This document shows, in pieces, positions 23,920 to 37,149 of a DNA stretch of 64,000 nt (position 1 is the first letter of the stretch; each line of letters begins with the position of its first letter). The DNA comes from Octopus sinensis. Its lineage: Eukaryota. The notes beneath the pieces are model-generated. The model saw nothing but the letters and a program-made list of their open reading frames with translations, did not search any database and was not told the origin of the DNA. The translations under genes were made by a program, and so were the position numbers. The stretch lies in contig NC_043000.1 in assembly GCF_006345805.1 (NCBI RefSeq), positions 75,702,001 through 75,766,000 on the forward strand, written 5' to 3'.

Positions 23920-24679
23920 TAGTTAGCTACATAGATAGATAGATAGATAGATTTTAGCTTCTTCATTCCAAAGCTGACAATAATAAATTACTATTATTTT
24001 CTTCAACTCTACACTGACACTAGACAACCAAAATAGCAGTAAATTGCAACAAAAATTTCAAAAGAAAAGAAAAAGGGAAAAAATGCATTTTTGTTTAATT
24101 TTTAGATTTGTTTAAAGTTTAGCACCGCTGTTGCTTGTAATGTGGTTGTGTTTTACTGAACAATGTTTGCATAGCAGTCACCGGAACAAGTCAATGATAC
24201 AACAGTACACTAGCACATCACAACATGACAATGAGGTGAATATAATAGCTAGGCTTCAGTGGAAATGAATTATAACTAAGAGTGATTATAACTATCTAGT
24301 TTGGTCATATCTATCTGTGATAGAGATAGGTTTCTGTGACGGTTTTGTTTTTATAAGTGAACAAATGAGAAATGTCATATGCATCAATATTAGAGAAGTG
24401 ACATTGGTAAGGAGTTCCCTGCTAATTCTTCCACAATGGAATTTAGAAGGAAAATGGAACAAAAAGTACCAAATTGTAACAATTATTCCAGTATGTGAAA
24501 TATCAAAGAGCAGAAATTACAAAGGTTATGCATACTGGCATAACCTTGTATGTGCATGCACATATATGCATGTATGTGTACAGACATGAGAGAATTCTGA
24601 CAGTAGATGAAATTAAAAGTCAAAATAAAACCAGTTTTGTACAATAGTTCTCACACAGAACATTTTAATAAAAATAATA

Positions 24680-24892
24680 ACATTGGTATCTGATTTAGGT
24701 ACAAGGCCAACGATTTTGAGGTGAAGGGAAATTAGTTAATACAGTCAACACCAATACTTTATTGGTACTTTATTTTATTGACCCCCAAATAGAGGAAAGG
24801 CAAAGTTGACCTGTGGGAGTTGAACTGAGACTGTAGAGTCAGCACAAATACTACAAAGCACTTTTACTGATACTAACAATTCTGCCAGCTCA
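24680..24892 (-). mobile_element. tRNA-type SINE
   Basis: Reverse-complement match to the SINE at 58281-58500 (GGCAAAGTTGACC, AATTCTGCCAGCTCA). Confidence 0.7.
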
Positions 24893-26127
24893 AAAGAATG
24901 GGGAAGAGGAAAATAAATAGAAATTAACACCGTATACATCAAATGTTTACAGAGATAAAAAGAGCAAAACAAAGAAATACATGTGCAAATTGTAAGCAAG
25001 CACATTTTAGTGTTGCATATATGCACACATGTAAATATAAATGGTTGCCATCATTTCTGCAACTTAAGTAGACTAGTAGGTTAATGTAAAGTTAATTGGT
25101 GTCTGGTAAAGGATGAAAGCACTGCAGATGTGAAAACACTTCAAGTGTGACCATACTGCAGGTATGACCAAAAGGAACAATTTATTAAAACAATATACTT
25201 TAATCAAATAATAGTTAGACAGCTAAATAGTGTGTATGATAAAGAACAGACTGACCATCTGTAAAAGCCATTCATTCAAGTATGGCATTTTTTTTTCTTT
25301 GAACAGGGGAAGACAGTAAAAGATATTTGAAGGAGAAACTGACAGGAGGTTGAGGGTTCTAATGGAGCAGTATTTTCAAGATGGAACCATATTCCAAATG
25401 GAAAGCAAGTTACACTACCAAACTTACCCAAGGCACTGTTCCCATGGCCAAGTTCTCCTCAGAAGTTTCAAATCTTATGTTAAATTGAGCTGAAGCCATT
25501 CTGGTATCTCAGCTCAAAATTACAACACTGAACTTCTGTTAGGGCAACCACAACAAGAGGTTGAGCATTAATAAGTTGTGATGATGTGTTGTTTCTATCA
25601 AGGAACCAAGAACACATGCAGACAGAGGGTGAATAGACAAGGGACATGCATTGAACATTGTGTGTGTGAGAGAGGGGGGAGGGAAGGAGAGAGGAAGAAG
25701 TGAGAAAAGCGAGTATGATACCTATGCCAAGAATTTATATACACATATACACACATTCACACAGTACCCATAAATGTATGCACATCTAAATAAAAAGACT
25801 AAAAAGGCACACAGACACACACACAGGCAACAAATGGCAGAGCCAATCATATACATACACAAACAATATTTCAGCTTTGCATACTGCACATACATATTAG
25901 AATGTTGAGTGTATAAGCTACAAGATTAAAGAATAACAAAACAAAGTATAGTAATTAATTACTAAATTAATTCTAATGAGAGAGAGAAGGGAAGAAAGAG
26001 AGTAAAAGAGAAAAACAGTTGCAGAAAGCAAAAGATGGAAAATTTATCATAAGATGAGGAAGGCAGTCTCAGCACAGAACACCAATCAATCTGTAGAAAG
26101 ATCACAGGCAGGAAACATCACTTCAAT

Positions 26128-26270
26128 TCATTCATCTTTGTTAACAGCAATACCATTGAGCACCTGATGGTCAGTACCATTCTCAGTCTTGGAGGCCAAC
26201 ATCTTTTGCCGCACTTCAAACACTTCTTGGATAGCTTTGCGGAAGCAGAGAAAGTTGTAGTTAATTATAC
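26128..26270 (-). CDS. RRAGC/D: Rag C/D GTPase, coding exon 8 (last): [23 protein letters not shown]...KDE*
   Basis: TTTTGAACAG acceptor, phase 1 matches exon 7; homologous to GLIDYNFHCFRKAIHEVF; TGA at 26128-26130. Confidence 0.93.
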
Positions 26271-28125
26271 CTGTTCAAAAATTAAATTAAACACAGTTCA
26301 GGCATTTATTATGAGTAAATATATTGAATAAAATAACTGAAAATTTAGTCAGTATTGTATGATGATCAGTTTAGAATGGCATCACACAGCAGGCTGGATT
26401 ATTGCTGCAGTCTATTTTAAACACTTGCCTTTCAGCTCACTTTGCCCTCAGCACATTACATAAAACTGAAGTCTTCAGTAGTGCTTCTCCCCAATAGGTT
26501 CTTATGCATTTATAATTTTCCCCAGGTACTAAAAAGGCTTCCTACTCTTGATGTAGAGGCAATTTGATGGATCATGAATTGCTCAATAATCTGCCAAGCA
26601 GAAAACATTATGGTAACAGTGACAATAATAATGATGACAAAAAGAGGAGTTGGCAGCAGCAGTAGAATGTCCCAACTGTAAAGCACTTGCCCTTAATAAG
26701 CAAATATCCAGATTTAGAGTCATCCTATAAAAAGGTGGCACTCTTTGTTTTAAACATTTTCTCTAAAGTACAAGAACCAAAGAGATAATCTACTTTATGG
26801 TTTCTACCAAAAGGAATGGGTTGTGCCTAAAAAATTTCTACTGGCCCTTAACATTGATGTGATTAATGTGGTTGATGTTGAGCATTTGCAAATTGATGTC
26901 AGTGAGAAGGGATTTCTAGAGAGTTGACATTCTGAGAAGACAGGATTGAACAGAGAATGGGAGGAGGAGAGATATATATGATGTGGGTAGGAGAGATATA
27001 AGTATGAAGCTGAGTGAAAGTGATATTACAGCCCACTAGTTGAGGAGTAGAATCCATTATAGTAGCAATAGAGTGAAGAGACAGCACATCAATTGTTTAC
27101 ATATTGGAAAATGTTGGTCTTAGAGTCCTTCTTAATAAGCTGGATGACTTTCTTTTGGATGTTCTATTTGATGTACAACAACAATAACACCATTCCAGAT
27201 GAGGGAACTCCATTGCTATGTATCTATATGTAGCATGAACAACATCATTCCAGAAGCAGCAATACCATTCTAAATGTGTGATTAATACACTACTGTAGCC
27301 CCCGTTTTAACTCTGTAGGTTTTGCATAACTGAAGTATTTTAAAATTCAGATGGAGTTGTCTTACCTTCTTCGGTCATAGAAAATCATATGTGATTGTTA
27401 TGTCAAGCATTTACAGTGAGATGAAAAATATAAGTTTCATGTTGTGTAAAACTTGAGAAGCTGGAGCACAAGATTATTTTTTCATGGATAGCAGTTGTGT
27501 CTTTGTACAGTTAAGAAACAAGATTATTCAGACTCTACTGCTGAACATTTTATGTAGATTATGTAAGGATGATGCTTGTACATTAGATTAGGACAACACC
27601 TGTACTGTAGATTAGGAAGATGCAAAGAGGGTATCAGCATAGGAATAATGGGAGTCATAACCAAGCCATAAGACATACCAAAATTCATAGAATGCAGGTC
27701 AGAGGGAGCCCCATTTGTGCACACAGTGATGATACAATCTGACAAAAAGCTTCAAATCCAAGAAACTAGAATCAGGTGGATCCTATCAGTAATCAGTTTA
27801 GCCAGGAGATTTTCCTGACATAATCTAGCTGATGTCAAGTATAAGACATTGCTTTCAGTGAAATTCTCGAGAAGAAAGGACCACTTAAGTCTTGAGAATT
27901 TACTATGAGTGAAAAATTAGAGCAAGTCCCAATTGCTGAGTTAAAAGCTTAATCAGCTAATATACAATCAACCTTTACTGCTCACTGGTTTGCTTGATGT
28001 TGGAAGACATTAAAGAGTACAATATAAAACAAACGTATTCATAACAACAAAGAACTAAATACTTTTCATAATTTGTTTACTCAGTGAAGTGTTCACCAAT
28101 AAAAAAAAACATGTTTCAGTCTTAC

Positions 28126-28274
28126 CTTGTTTAATGAAGTTATCCTCACGTAAAATGCAAACAAGAGCCAAATATCTATTGACTTCCCGAAGGTATAAGA
28201 CTGTTGTGTTGTTTAGTTTGATGATTGATGCAGACTCATCATCAAATGCATTCAGTTCATTATCATCCTGTAAC
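28126..28274 (-). CDS. RRAGC/D: Rag C/D exon 7: (G)LQDDNELNAFDDESASIIKLNNTTVLYLREVNRYLALVCILREDNFIKQ
   Basis: AG acceptor, GTAAGA donor, 149 bp; roadblock-domain motif IIKLNNTTVLYL..V...LALVCILRE. Confidence 0.96.
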
Positions 28275-28860
28275 CTACATATAATATACACATGATATAA
28301 GTGGCAGTGAAACAGACAGTGTTAACACAATAATAAGATAATCTTCAACTGTGGTCAAAGATTTATAAAATCTTTAAATGACTTTAAATTATATTGAAAT
28401 GCATTAGAAGAAATTGATCTTTTACATAAAGTATGTGTGAGTGAATTTGTTTTTATTTAGCACCAAATGAGTAGTCTTTGATCAAAAGGCATTCCAGCCA
28501 TGACTATCTTATCTCTTTTTTTGTTTTTTTTGAGATATAATGTAACCACAGTTACTTTATCCAATGTGTCCTTTCTTTTTGTTTAAATGGTTGTGCAGTT
28601 TGAGAGGAATTTGGCTGCTACTTCTAGCAGTTTAACCAATCATGACAAGATGTCATCTTCAGAAGAAAAAGCAGCAACCATTACCATAGTAAACCATCCT
28701 ACAGTGGGAAAACTGATTCAATTCATGTTCAGCTTGAACAGCTGTGGGTCAATATTCAATAAGAAAAATGTAATGCATGCACACATGCATGTCATAACTG
28801 GCAGACAACAGTATTGTTGGTTCCAACAGGCTAATCACTTAGTCACTGATTTTCTGGTGG

Positions 28861-29132
28861 TAAGAGTTGCAAAGAATTATCTACAACATGAGGTAGAAAA
28901 TATTACAAAGGGCTTTACTCAAAAAGTATTGTTTTTTAAGTTTTCTTCCCCTTGGTTACATCATTTGCCAATATACATTGGCAAGGGACATTACACACAA
29001 AATGTTCCTTGCCAATGTATATTGGCAAATGATGTAACCAAGGGGAAGAAAACTTAAAAAACAATGCTTTTTGAGTAAAGCCCTTTGTACTATTTTCTAC
29101 CCCATGTTGTAGATAATTCTTTGCAACTCTTA
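28861..29132. mobile_element. Fold-back MITE (about 125-bp arms), TA-flanked, in Rag intron
   Basis: TAAGAGTTGCAAAGAATTATC... pairs with ...GATAATTCTTTGCAACTCTTA; small central loop near 28985-29005. Confidence 0.88.
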
Positions 29133-29569
29133 TATATATATATATATATATATTTCTATCTCGTGTGTCTCCTTTTGTCCTGCCTATTCCATTTGGGAAA
29201 ATAGAATAGGCAGGATGAGACACAAGACACATAGGACAGAAAGTTGCTGAAAAGGTCACAATGTATGACAAAAGAATTTGGACAACTAAACTAAAAATAA
29301 TAATAATAATAAAGCTAAAGTGGAGATCAAATAAATAGTCCATGTGTTTAATTGGCAAATGATGACCATCTCCAAGTATTTATGCTTTCCTACATAAACT
29401 TGCACTTAATTTTAGAAGCTCTAAGGAAACAATAAAGTGAAGCACAAGCACTCAGCTTTGAGTATACTGCATCTTATAACAGAAACAGTTGTAAACTAAT
29501 GAAATTGATTCTAACATACCTGTTCTCTTGTCATTTATTTTATTCAAACATACATACATAATGAACTAC

Positions 29570-29720
29570 TGCATTGTTTCTACCTACCAAATTTCACTCA
29601 CACAGTAATAATCTACCTGAGGCTACTATAAAGACATTTTCCCAAAGTGCCATGCTGCAGGGTTGAACTCAGAACCTTGCAGTTATGAGGCAGCTTCTTA
29701 AACTACATGGTCATACCTTC
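29570..29720 (-). mobile_element. SINE fragment (family of 62278-62440)
   Basis: CTACCAAATTTCACTCAC...GTTGAACTCAGAACC...CTTCTTAAACTACA, degenerate reverse complement. Confidence 0.55.
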
Positions 29721-29908
29721 ACATATGTATGAATGAAAACATGAAATGGAGATATACATGTGTTACTTGTTACACCATGTTAGAAAATATTTTAATAGAA
29801 AATAGATATAACAAGACAGTGTGTGTGCGTGTGTGTGCGCACAGCTCTGTACATTAATATGTGGACAGATTGGCAAATATGTTAAAACAGTGAGTGCTAC
29901 TAACTTAC

Positions 29909-30051
29909 CCATAGATACAGGAGATATCTAAGACCACATCTATCATATCACAACACAATTCATAGGACTGCATGTCAACAGGTGAGCTGTCGGTGGCAAT
30001 GTAAATTTTGCTGACAACATCAAACAAGAAGGCTTTTTCAATACCAGAATT
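29909..30051 (-). CDS. RRAGC/D: Rag C/D exon 6: [47 protein letters not shown](G)
   Basis: TTTTCAG acceptor, GTAAGT donor, 143 bp; near-identical to vertebrate RagC/D. Confidence 0.97.
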
Positions 30052-30809
30052 CTGAAAATAACAATTTCTGTCTGTTAATTTGCTTGCTGTATATTGTTCT
30101 ATCTTATAATTTTATGTAACTACTTTGACACTTTATTTCAATTTTTGTTTGTTTAGTGACTAACTTAAAAGCATTTCTCTAATTATAATAATTGAGTTGC
30201 CCCAGTCACCAGACTAACCTCTCCCTGTTACCCCAATCTAACTCAGTAATTGTAACCCAGTGATTCCAGTCTATCACATGTTATAGATGATCTGATATCC
30301 ATCAGTAGCAAATTTGTTAACAGAAGCACTCAATATAGTGTCTGCCAACATGTAGTATCCCAATCCATGACATTAACAACTTGTTACAATTATTTCAGTC
30401 AACACACAAGTGCAAACATAATAACTGAATTTAAATAATGATGATGATTTCTTTTTTAGCCACAAGAACTTCAAGAAAAGCAATGACAGTACAAAAGGAC
30501 AAAATACAAATGTGTTATTACTTTCTTGTTACAAGCTTAAGTCCATTAACACTATCTCCCTATAATGTTTTGCCAAAAATTTTGACATTATGCTTTGATA
30601 TTTGCTTTTTGTTTTTTTCAAATGAGTAGGTTCCAGAAAAAAATTAACGTATAATGCCCCAAAGGGTATAAACAAAAGCAGAACTGACTACTTTCTCAGG
30701 ATTAAGAGCAGTTTAGCAACAAATTAATATATGTTTTTAACAATCAACTTTATGAGCAATCTGAAGGGACAGAAAATAAAATAATGATGATGATGATGAT
30801 GATGATAAT

Positions 30810-31030
30810 AATAGCTGTTTCAAATTTTGGTACAAAGCCAGTAATTTTAGTGGGATGGAAGCAAGTCAATTACATTAACCCCATTTTTCAACTGGTATTC
30901 ATTTTACTGACACTGAAAGGATGAACGGCAAAGTGGACCTCAGCAGGATTTGAATTCAGTGTGTAAAAATCCAGAAGAGATGGTGCAAAGAAAATTTCCA
31001 ATGAGCTAATCATTCAGCCAGCTCACTTCC
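30810..31030 (-). mobile_element. tRNA-type SINE
   Basis: GGCAAAGTGGACCTCAGCAGGATTTGAATTC...CAGCCAGCTCAC, reverse complement of the 58281 family. Confidence 0.7.
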
Positions 31031-31349
31031 CCATAGCTCCAATTTTTGGCACAAGTCTATTTTTCTTTGGGGTTTGAATAATTCACCTCTGGAGATATAA
31101 GTATTTAATTGACCACCCTTAAACAAATCTTATTCAGGAACATTTTGAGTGGGATGGACTACTCAACCTGAAGAAAATTCTAACTGGCCCCCATCTGAAA
31201 GGTCATGTGCTGTTTATCGTGATATGGGATCACCATGTTGTGTACATATGGTTGAGAAGCATATGCCTGGTGTACCCTTATCAGCTAGGTAGTCATCTTC
31301 ATATATCTGTACCCCAGTGTCACTTTGATGGCATGTGCTGCTCTTTCAC

Positions 31350-31710
31350 TCAATAATAATAATTTTGGCACATGGGCAGGAGTTTTCAGGGGAGAGTACC
31401 CCAGCACTCAACCAGTACTTTATTGATTGTGAAACAATAAAAAGCTAAGTCAACTTTGGCAACATTTTAACTCAGAACACGGAACTGAAAGAAATCTCAC
31501 TAAGCATTTTTTGTGGCACCCTAATTCTGCCAGTTCACATAATGATGATGACTGTTTCTAATTTAGGCACCTGATATGCACAAGGCCAGTAATTTTGAAA
31601 GAAAAGTGTTAATACCATTGACCTCAGCATCTGAATGGTACTTTATCAACTTCAATGGGATTTGAATTCAGAGAATAAAGAGCCAAAACAAATACTACAA
31701 AGCATTCCTT
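31350..31710 (-). mobile_element. Two adjacent degraded tRNA-type SINE copies
   Basis: TTTTAACTCAGAAC...AATTCTGCCAGTTCA and GGATTTGAATTCAGAG motifs. Confidence 0.55.
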
Positions 31711-33319
31711 CCCAACGTGTGTGGGTGGGAGAGGATATATTTGTATTCAGATAGACCTTTTAATCCCTTCTGAACAAAATATTACATGGAAGGATGTTAA
31801 GAAAATGTCAAAATATAAGATACTAGAATAGAAAACTAAGCTGGATAAAGGATGTGAAACTAGTATCAATAATAAATGAAACACAAGGTATAAGGAAAAT
31901 ATGAACAAAATATTGATTAAGAAAATCATGCCAGGGCTCACAACCCTACACACAGTCCAAAGAATGTTTAAGTTGTGCTATAAAATTGAAAGGCTCTCGA
32001 AGAGAGCTATTGGTAAGAGTGAGAGTCAATGATGAGTGGTTGTAAGAGAGTGCATAGATGTCAATAGACCATCACCCTCTTTTAGGAGGGTCTAAAAATA
32101 CAGAAAAGAAATAATAGCTTGTAGAGAGAGAGACTCTGGTTGATGATTACTCAAGATAGTAATGGTAAAAGAGTAATGGATGTCAATAAAAGAAAGGCCT
32201 GGGAATAAGGAAGTGATAGTGACAGCACAGGAGGGCAAATGAAGATATGTATTGGATACCAAGAGATCCAATGCAATCCCTCATTACTCAAGAATTGTGA
32301 CGAGGGAAAAAAGGGTAGAGAGCTAGTGATGGTGGTAGGAGAGATAAATTGTGGACAGCATAAGAGAGAAGGCAAGAGAAAATGTTAAGACAAATTAGAT
32401 GATGACACTTCATTGCTCCCCACACAACTTGCCCACTGTCACATAGCTCTTACACATCATGCTCTCAGTCACACCCCCACTCTACACATGTCCATACAGT
32501 CACACACACACACACAACATCCAACAACACATGCAGCAGGTTGTATGCTGTGGAAGAAGAGGATAATGACCTTTCCTCTCAGACAAAAATAATTATTTTC
32601 TCTTTGAGTTTGTCGAGTGTCAGATGTTCTTCTCCTCATCACATGCAGTAGCAGTTCAACTATTTCTACTATACTATACATATGAGTCACTCTTAAATAT
32701 TCAGACACTTACAAGCCTTAGTACTGTTGGAGTACTTGTTTACTCAGTAGTAGTAATTGATATTAAATATTTCAAGATGACAATAAAGCTTTTCATAACA
32801 AATCTCGAGGATTTTTATATCTATTTTTTCCATACTTACATAGATATGAGGTTTCTTTCCATTACTAACTCCTCAACTACAAAGTAGGGAGTAGAATCAG
32901 TTTTATGTCAGCCAGGTAAACAGAAATATGAACATCTGTATCACCACAATAGTTGAATTAGTTTGAACTCCTGACCATATACTTAGTAATCCAGGACAAT
33001 TTATGTCACAAACATTGTGGCTTCATTGAAATTTAGTGATGGAGAAGGAAAGGTGTTTGAAAAGTCACCACTTCAAGACACCTTGCCTCATATTGTATAC
33101 CTGAGCAAGGAACATAACACAGTAGAGAGACTGAAGAAGTAAGAATGACATTAAGCTGTAAAAACAGTTGCTCCATCAAAAAAACTGGTCTACCATAAAC
33201 AGCATTAAAAAATGAAAAATTTAAAGACTATTATATAATTTCTTTACTTGTCTAGTAGTAAGATGGATATTGCAAAGTGTTTGTTCTAGGTTAGAATAAG
33301 TGTTTTTCAAGTTACTTAC

Positions 33320-33434
33320 AGAGATGAGCATGTTCAGAAGGTTTTCCAATGTAGGTAGCTGAGGTATCAGTTTCTGGACCACTTTGCTGAATGCTTCAAA
33401 TATAGAGTGGTCATAGATACTGGTCAGATAGAAA
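33320..33434 (-). CDS. RRAGC/D: Rag C/D exon 5: (S)[38 protein letters not shown]
   Basis: CATACAG acceptor, GTAAGT donor, 115 bp; G5 motif TSIYD. Confidence 0.97.
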
Positions 33435-33926
33435 CTGTATGAAGGTAAAAAAAAAAATGATCATATTAAAGTGGTTATAGACAGACAATAAGATAAGAAT
33501 CTAAGGAAGTCTCACATCTTTCAAAACAGCTGTAGACTTCTTACATCTGCTTTATGTCATCTATGCAATATCAAAGGCTATGCTGACATTGCAGGTCTCT
33601 TTCATTGAATTTGTAAAAGAGCTGAAAGTCAAATGATGCCACATTACACAAAAATACTATTTTAATGGGGAAATTATTTGATAATTAACTTAGTACATGC
33701 AAACTTTGGTAAATCATCTCAAATAACCAACATAGAAATATATCCCAATAGATATGAGGTAACTAACAATAGAAGTAACTTAATAGGTCATACTAAAAAT
33801 TAAATTCTTCAAAATATTTTACTATAAAGTAGAAAAAAATAGCTTTGAAGTTAAATATTAAAAAAAGACTGTTTGATATAAAATCTGAAGCAATTCATTT
33901 TAAATTTATCAAAGCATATTTCTCAC

Positions 33927-34126
33927 CTCAGGTAGATCCCTTCAAATCCAGCATCAACAAGATCATCATTAGCCCTCTGGTGAATATCTCGCTGAGATTC
34001 TATCTTTTGATCATCAGACAAGCTATCCACTTTATGAATGAATACCTCAAACTTGATTTCAGGGTTAATTTTATGTGCTCGGGTCACTGTCATATTTAGT
34101 TTGTCTAGCGCCTCCACATATTCATC
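33927..34126 (-). CDS. RRAGC/D: Rag C/D exon 4: [10 protein letters not shown]...[31 protein letters not shown]...GIYL
   Basis: TTTCCTAG acceptor, GTGAGA donor, 200 bp; G4 motif HKVD. Confidence 0.97.
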
Positions 34127-37100
34127 CTAGGAAAGAAATACAAATATTAAGCTAAAGGAGGACAACACAACTCAAACAATAGGAGAAACCAAATAACATG
34201 AAACCAGTAAAAAAAAATCATTGCCAAACCCTAAGGAGGTTTATAAGGATCATTACTTAATTCTGATTTCAAGGTATTAAAAGAATCACAGAGATTTACC
34301 ACTGGTCACAATACTAATTTATCTTGGTCAACATTCACATGTGACCAACTACTTACTGCTAACAACCAAGTTGCTATGTAAAATTTAGTGTACTGCTCAA
34401 ATGAACATTTGAGCTAATAAAAAAAAAAGGTACAACTAGATTGTTGTAAAAGGAGAAAATATTTCATATTTTAGTCAGATTTTTTTTTTTCAAGGTAAGT
34501 TGGTAGATCACTATTTGCAACAACATATGTCAATAAACAAGGAAAAGAGGTTCAGAAGAATAGTGGTAAGGGCTTCCATGAAGTCAATAAGGTATAGATT
34601 TAAGATAAATAAATTAGTCGACAATTTTATTTTCAGACAACATTTGTGTTTCAGTGAAAATACTGAAACACAGATGTTTTAGATGATTCAAGGCTTATTT
34701 AGTCAATAGGAGTAAGCACTTTGTAAAAATGTTAGATTCCAAAGAAAGTAGTGATGTTCTGTGTCAGCAAAACGTAATACAAATAATTCAGAGAGGAAGA
34801 TGTTTAAGCTGTGAGATAAAAAGAAACTAAGTATTTTAGTTCATCAGAAAAAATAGAGATGTCAACAGGATGAAAAGATAGTAGATGGCAAAAAAGAGAA
34901 GAAAATAAAAAGAATATCAGACTGTAAGACAGTGTGCAAGAGAAAATCAAGATGTCATTGAGAAGTGTATTCAGAATATCAACTTTTACTGTTACCAAAA
35001 AGAAAATGGCATGAAAGGCTGCTGATTGAAGAGGATGCATGGAGAGAGATAGAGTCTATCGAAAAATGTAATAATAGATAATAGTTAATAGCAAGAGATT
35101 GTGATGGCTGTCAATAATGGAATGACCTGAGAAAGAGGGAGGTATAGAGTAGTAAATGGATGGGTGTATCAGAGAACAAAAGATTTGATGCAATTCCTTG
35201 TTACTCAAGTACTATAATGGGAGAGTGAGAGAAGTAGAGGGTTACAGATGGTAGTAAAAGGTGGAACTTAAGCATGGACAGATATCACATTGCACTGGTG
35301 GTGCAGTACAATGAATGAGACAGCAATAGAAGGTATCAAATAAGCAAAAAAGGCAACAAATGAAGATAGAGCTAGTACAAAATGGGTAAAAGGCTTACAT
35401 GTACATATATATTATGTTCTCTTCAGTCTCCATCACTACCCTATTTTAAAGTGTATTCTGCCATTCTTACCTATGTCATCATATCTTCTCCTACCACTCA
35501 ACATTGTCCTTTGTCATATCCTTCATGAGAAGCAATATCTTAAGATCAGTCTTTACATTTTGTCCCAAGTCTTCCATTCAGCCAACATTTGTAATGATTC
35601 AACCCCATTAGTGCAAATATTCAGACTTAGCAAGAACTAGGCAGCCAATGAGGTTTCATTGTACTGGTTGTTTAGTCAGCATTTGATGTTAACACTGCTT
35701 TTACTATTTTATTTTTGCAGTTGTTTGGGACTAATACAGCAAGTATTAAACCAGTTACTTTTAGCTCCGAGCTTTTGAGCCACTGTTAGCTTTCACTGTG
35801 ATTTACATCGCTCTCTGATGAAGATGGTTAGATGTTGGCCACAGAGTCGGCAGTTTTCCTCCATTCTTTTATATCTTCGATTTTTCTAAACTTTTCAGTT
35901 GCTCTGTCCTTACCTAAATCTATATTATTTCAGTGTAGATCATTTTCTGTTTGCATTTTACTATTTCTTTACATACATAAAGTTTACTGTCCTGATTTTC
36001 ATGTTTCCTACTTACATTTATCAGCTTCGCTTTGTTTGTATTTTTTTTTTAGTCTTACAGTTGTTATTTTTGTAGATGTTTTCAGCCTATACAAGTCCCA
36101 CTCTTCTTGTGTCTGTATATATTTTATTTTATACTAGCTTTGATATGGTAGATTCAGAATGCAATTAGTAGTTTCCTGGTTCTTCTGTTCAAGCTTTTCA
36201 ATTTATTTAACTTCCTGTCTATTATGGTGAAGTTGTAATTTATGATAATGGCTAGCATATTTACACCTAATATCTTACAACAGCATTGCATTCAGTTTTT
36301 AATAACCTGACATTCTTTTTTAGTTAATTAATAAATCAATTATTATTGCTGTTATTATAACAGGATTGACAGAATTTTTAGAGTGTCAAAATTAAAATTC
36401 TGTTATGGTCAACTTTGCCACTCATCCTTCCAGAGTCAATATAATAAAATACCAGCCAAGTACTGGAACAATATTATAAACCACATTACCGTGTGCCACA
36501 TTAAATGACTGGGTGACAGCATTTTTCAAGCACAACATATCTAATGGTGACAGTATTCTCAAAAATAATTTTTGGTATTAATAAGTTCCCTACCCTTCCC
36601 TTCTTGTCCTAAACGCTGTTAGTTGCCTGTTTCTAAGTATGTAAGTGTGAGTATATATATATATATTTATGTTAAGGCACTTTCGAGTGCCACTAGTAAC
36701 ATGTAACTCAGTACAACCTGTTGCATGGTCAGGCAGTTGGCAACTAAACCGGCAATCCCACCAAGCTTGCTTGGTGAGGAGGGTGTTTTTTGCATACCTT
36801 GTGGGATGAAAAACAAAACCCATCAAAGGGCGTAGTAACTCGAGAGTCAACGGCCATCCAATATGTGTGTAATTATGTATTTACTGTATATCCCCTTTTT
36901 CTCACTAATTTTATACATTGTATATTTTTACAGTTTGCTCATTATATATATTTTAATGTATTCCATATCGTATATTTTATGTATATATTGTAAATCAATA
37001 TTTTTTATATCGTACTTTTTTTTGTTTTTAATCTATTTTATCCAGCTTATGGCTGTATCTTGCACGGAGCGATAGAAATAATTTGACTGAATACCTGATC

Positions 37101-37149
37101 ACGCAATTAAACCATTGGGAGTGAAGGACCCCTAGCCCTTGTTAGGGCA

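Noticed and set aside
36740-36860. Structured region (CACCAAGC/GCTTGGTG hairpin) as an HDV-like ribozyme upstream of the RTE
   Set aside because: Could not assemble the P1/P1.1/P2/P3/P4 pseudoknot or the catalytic C by eye.
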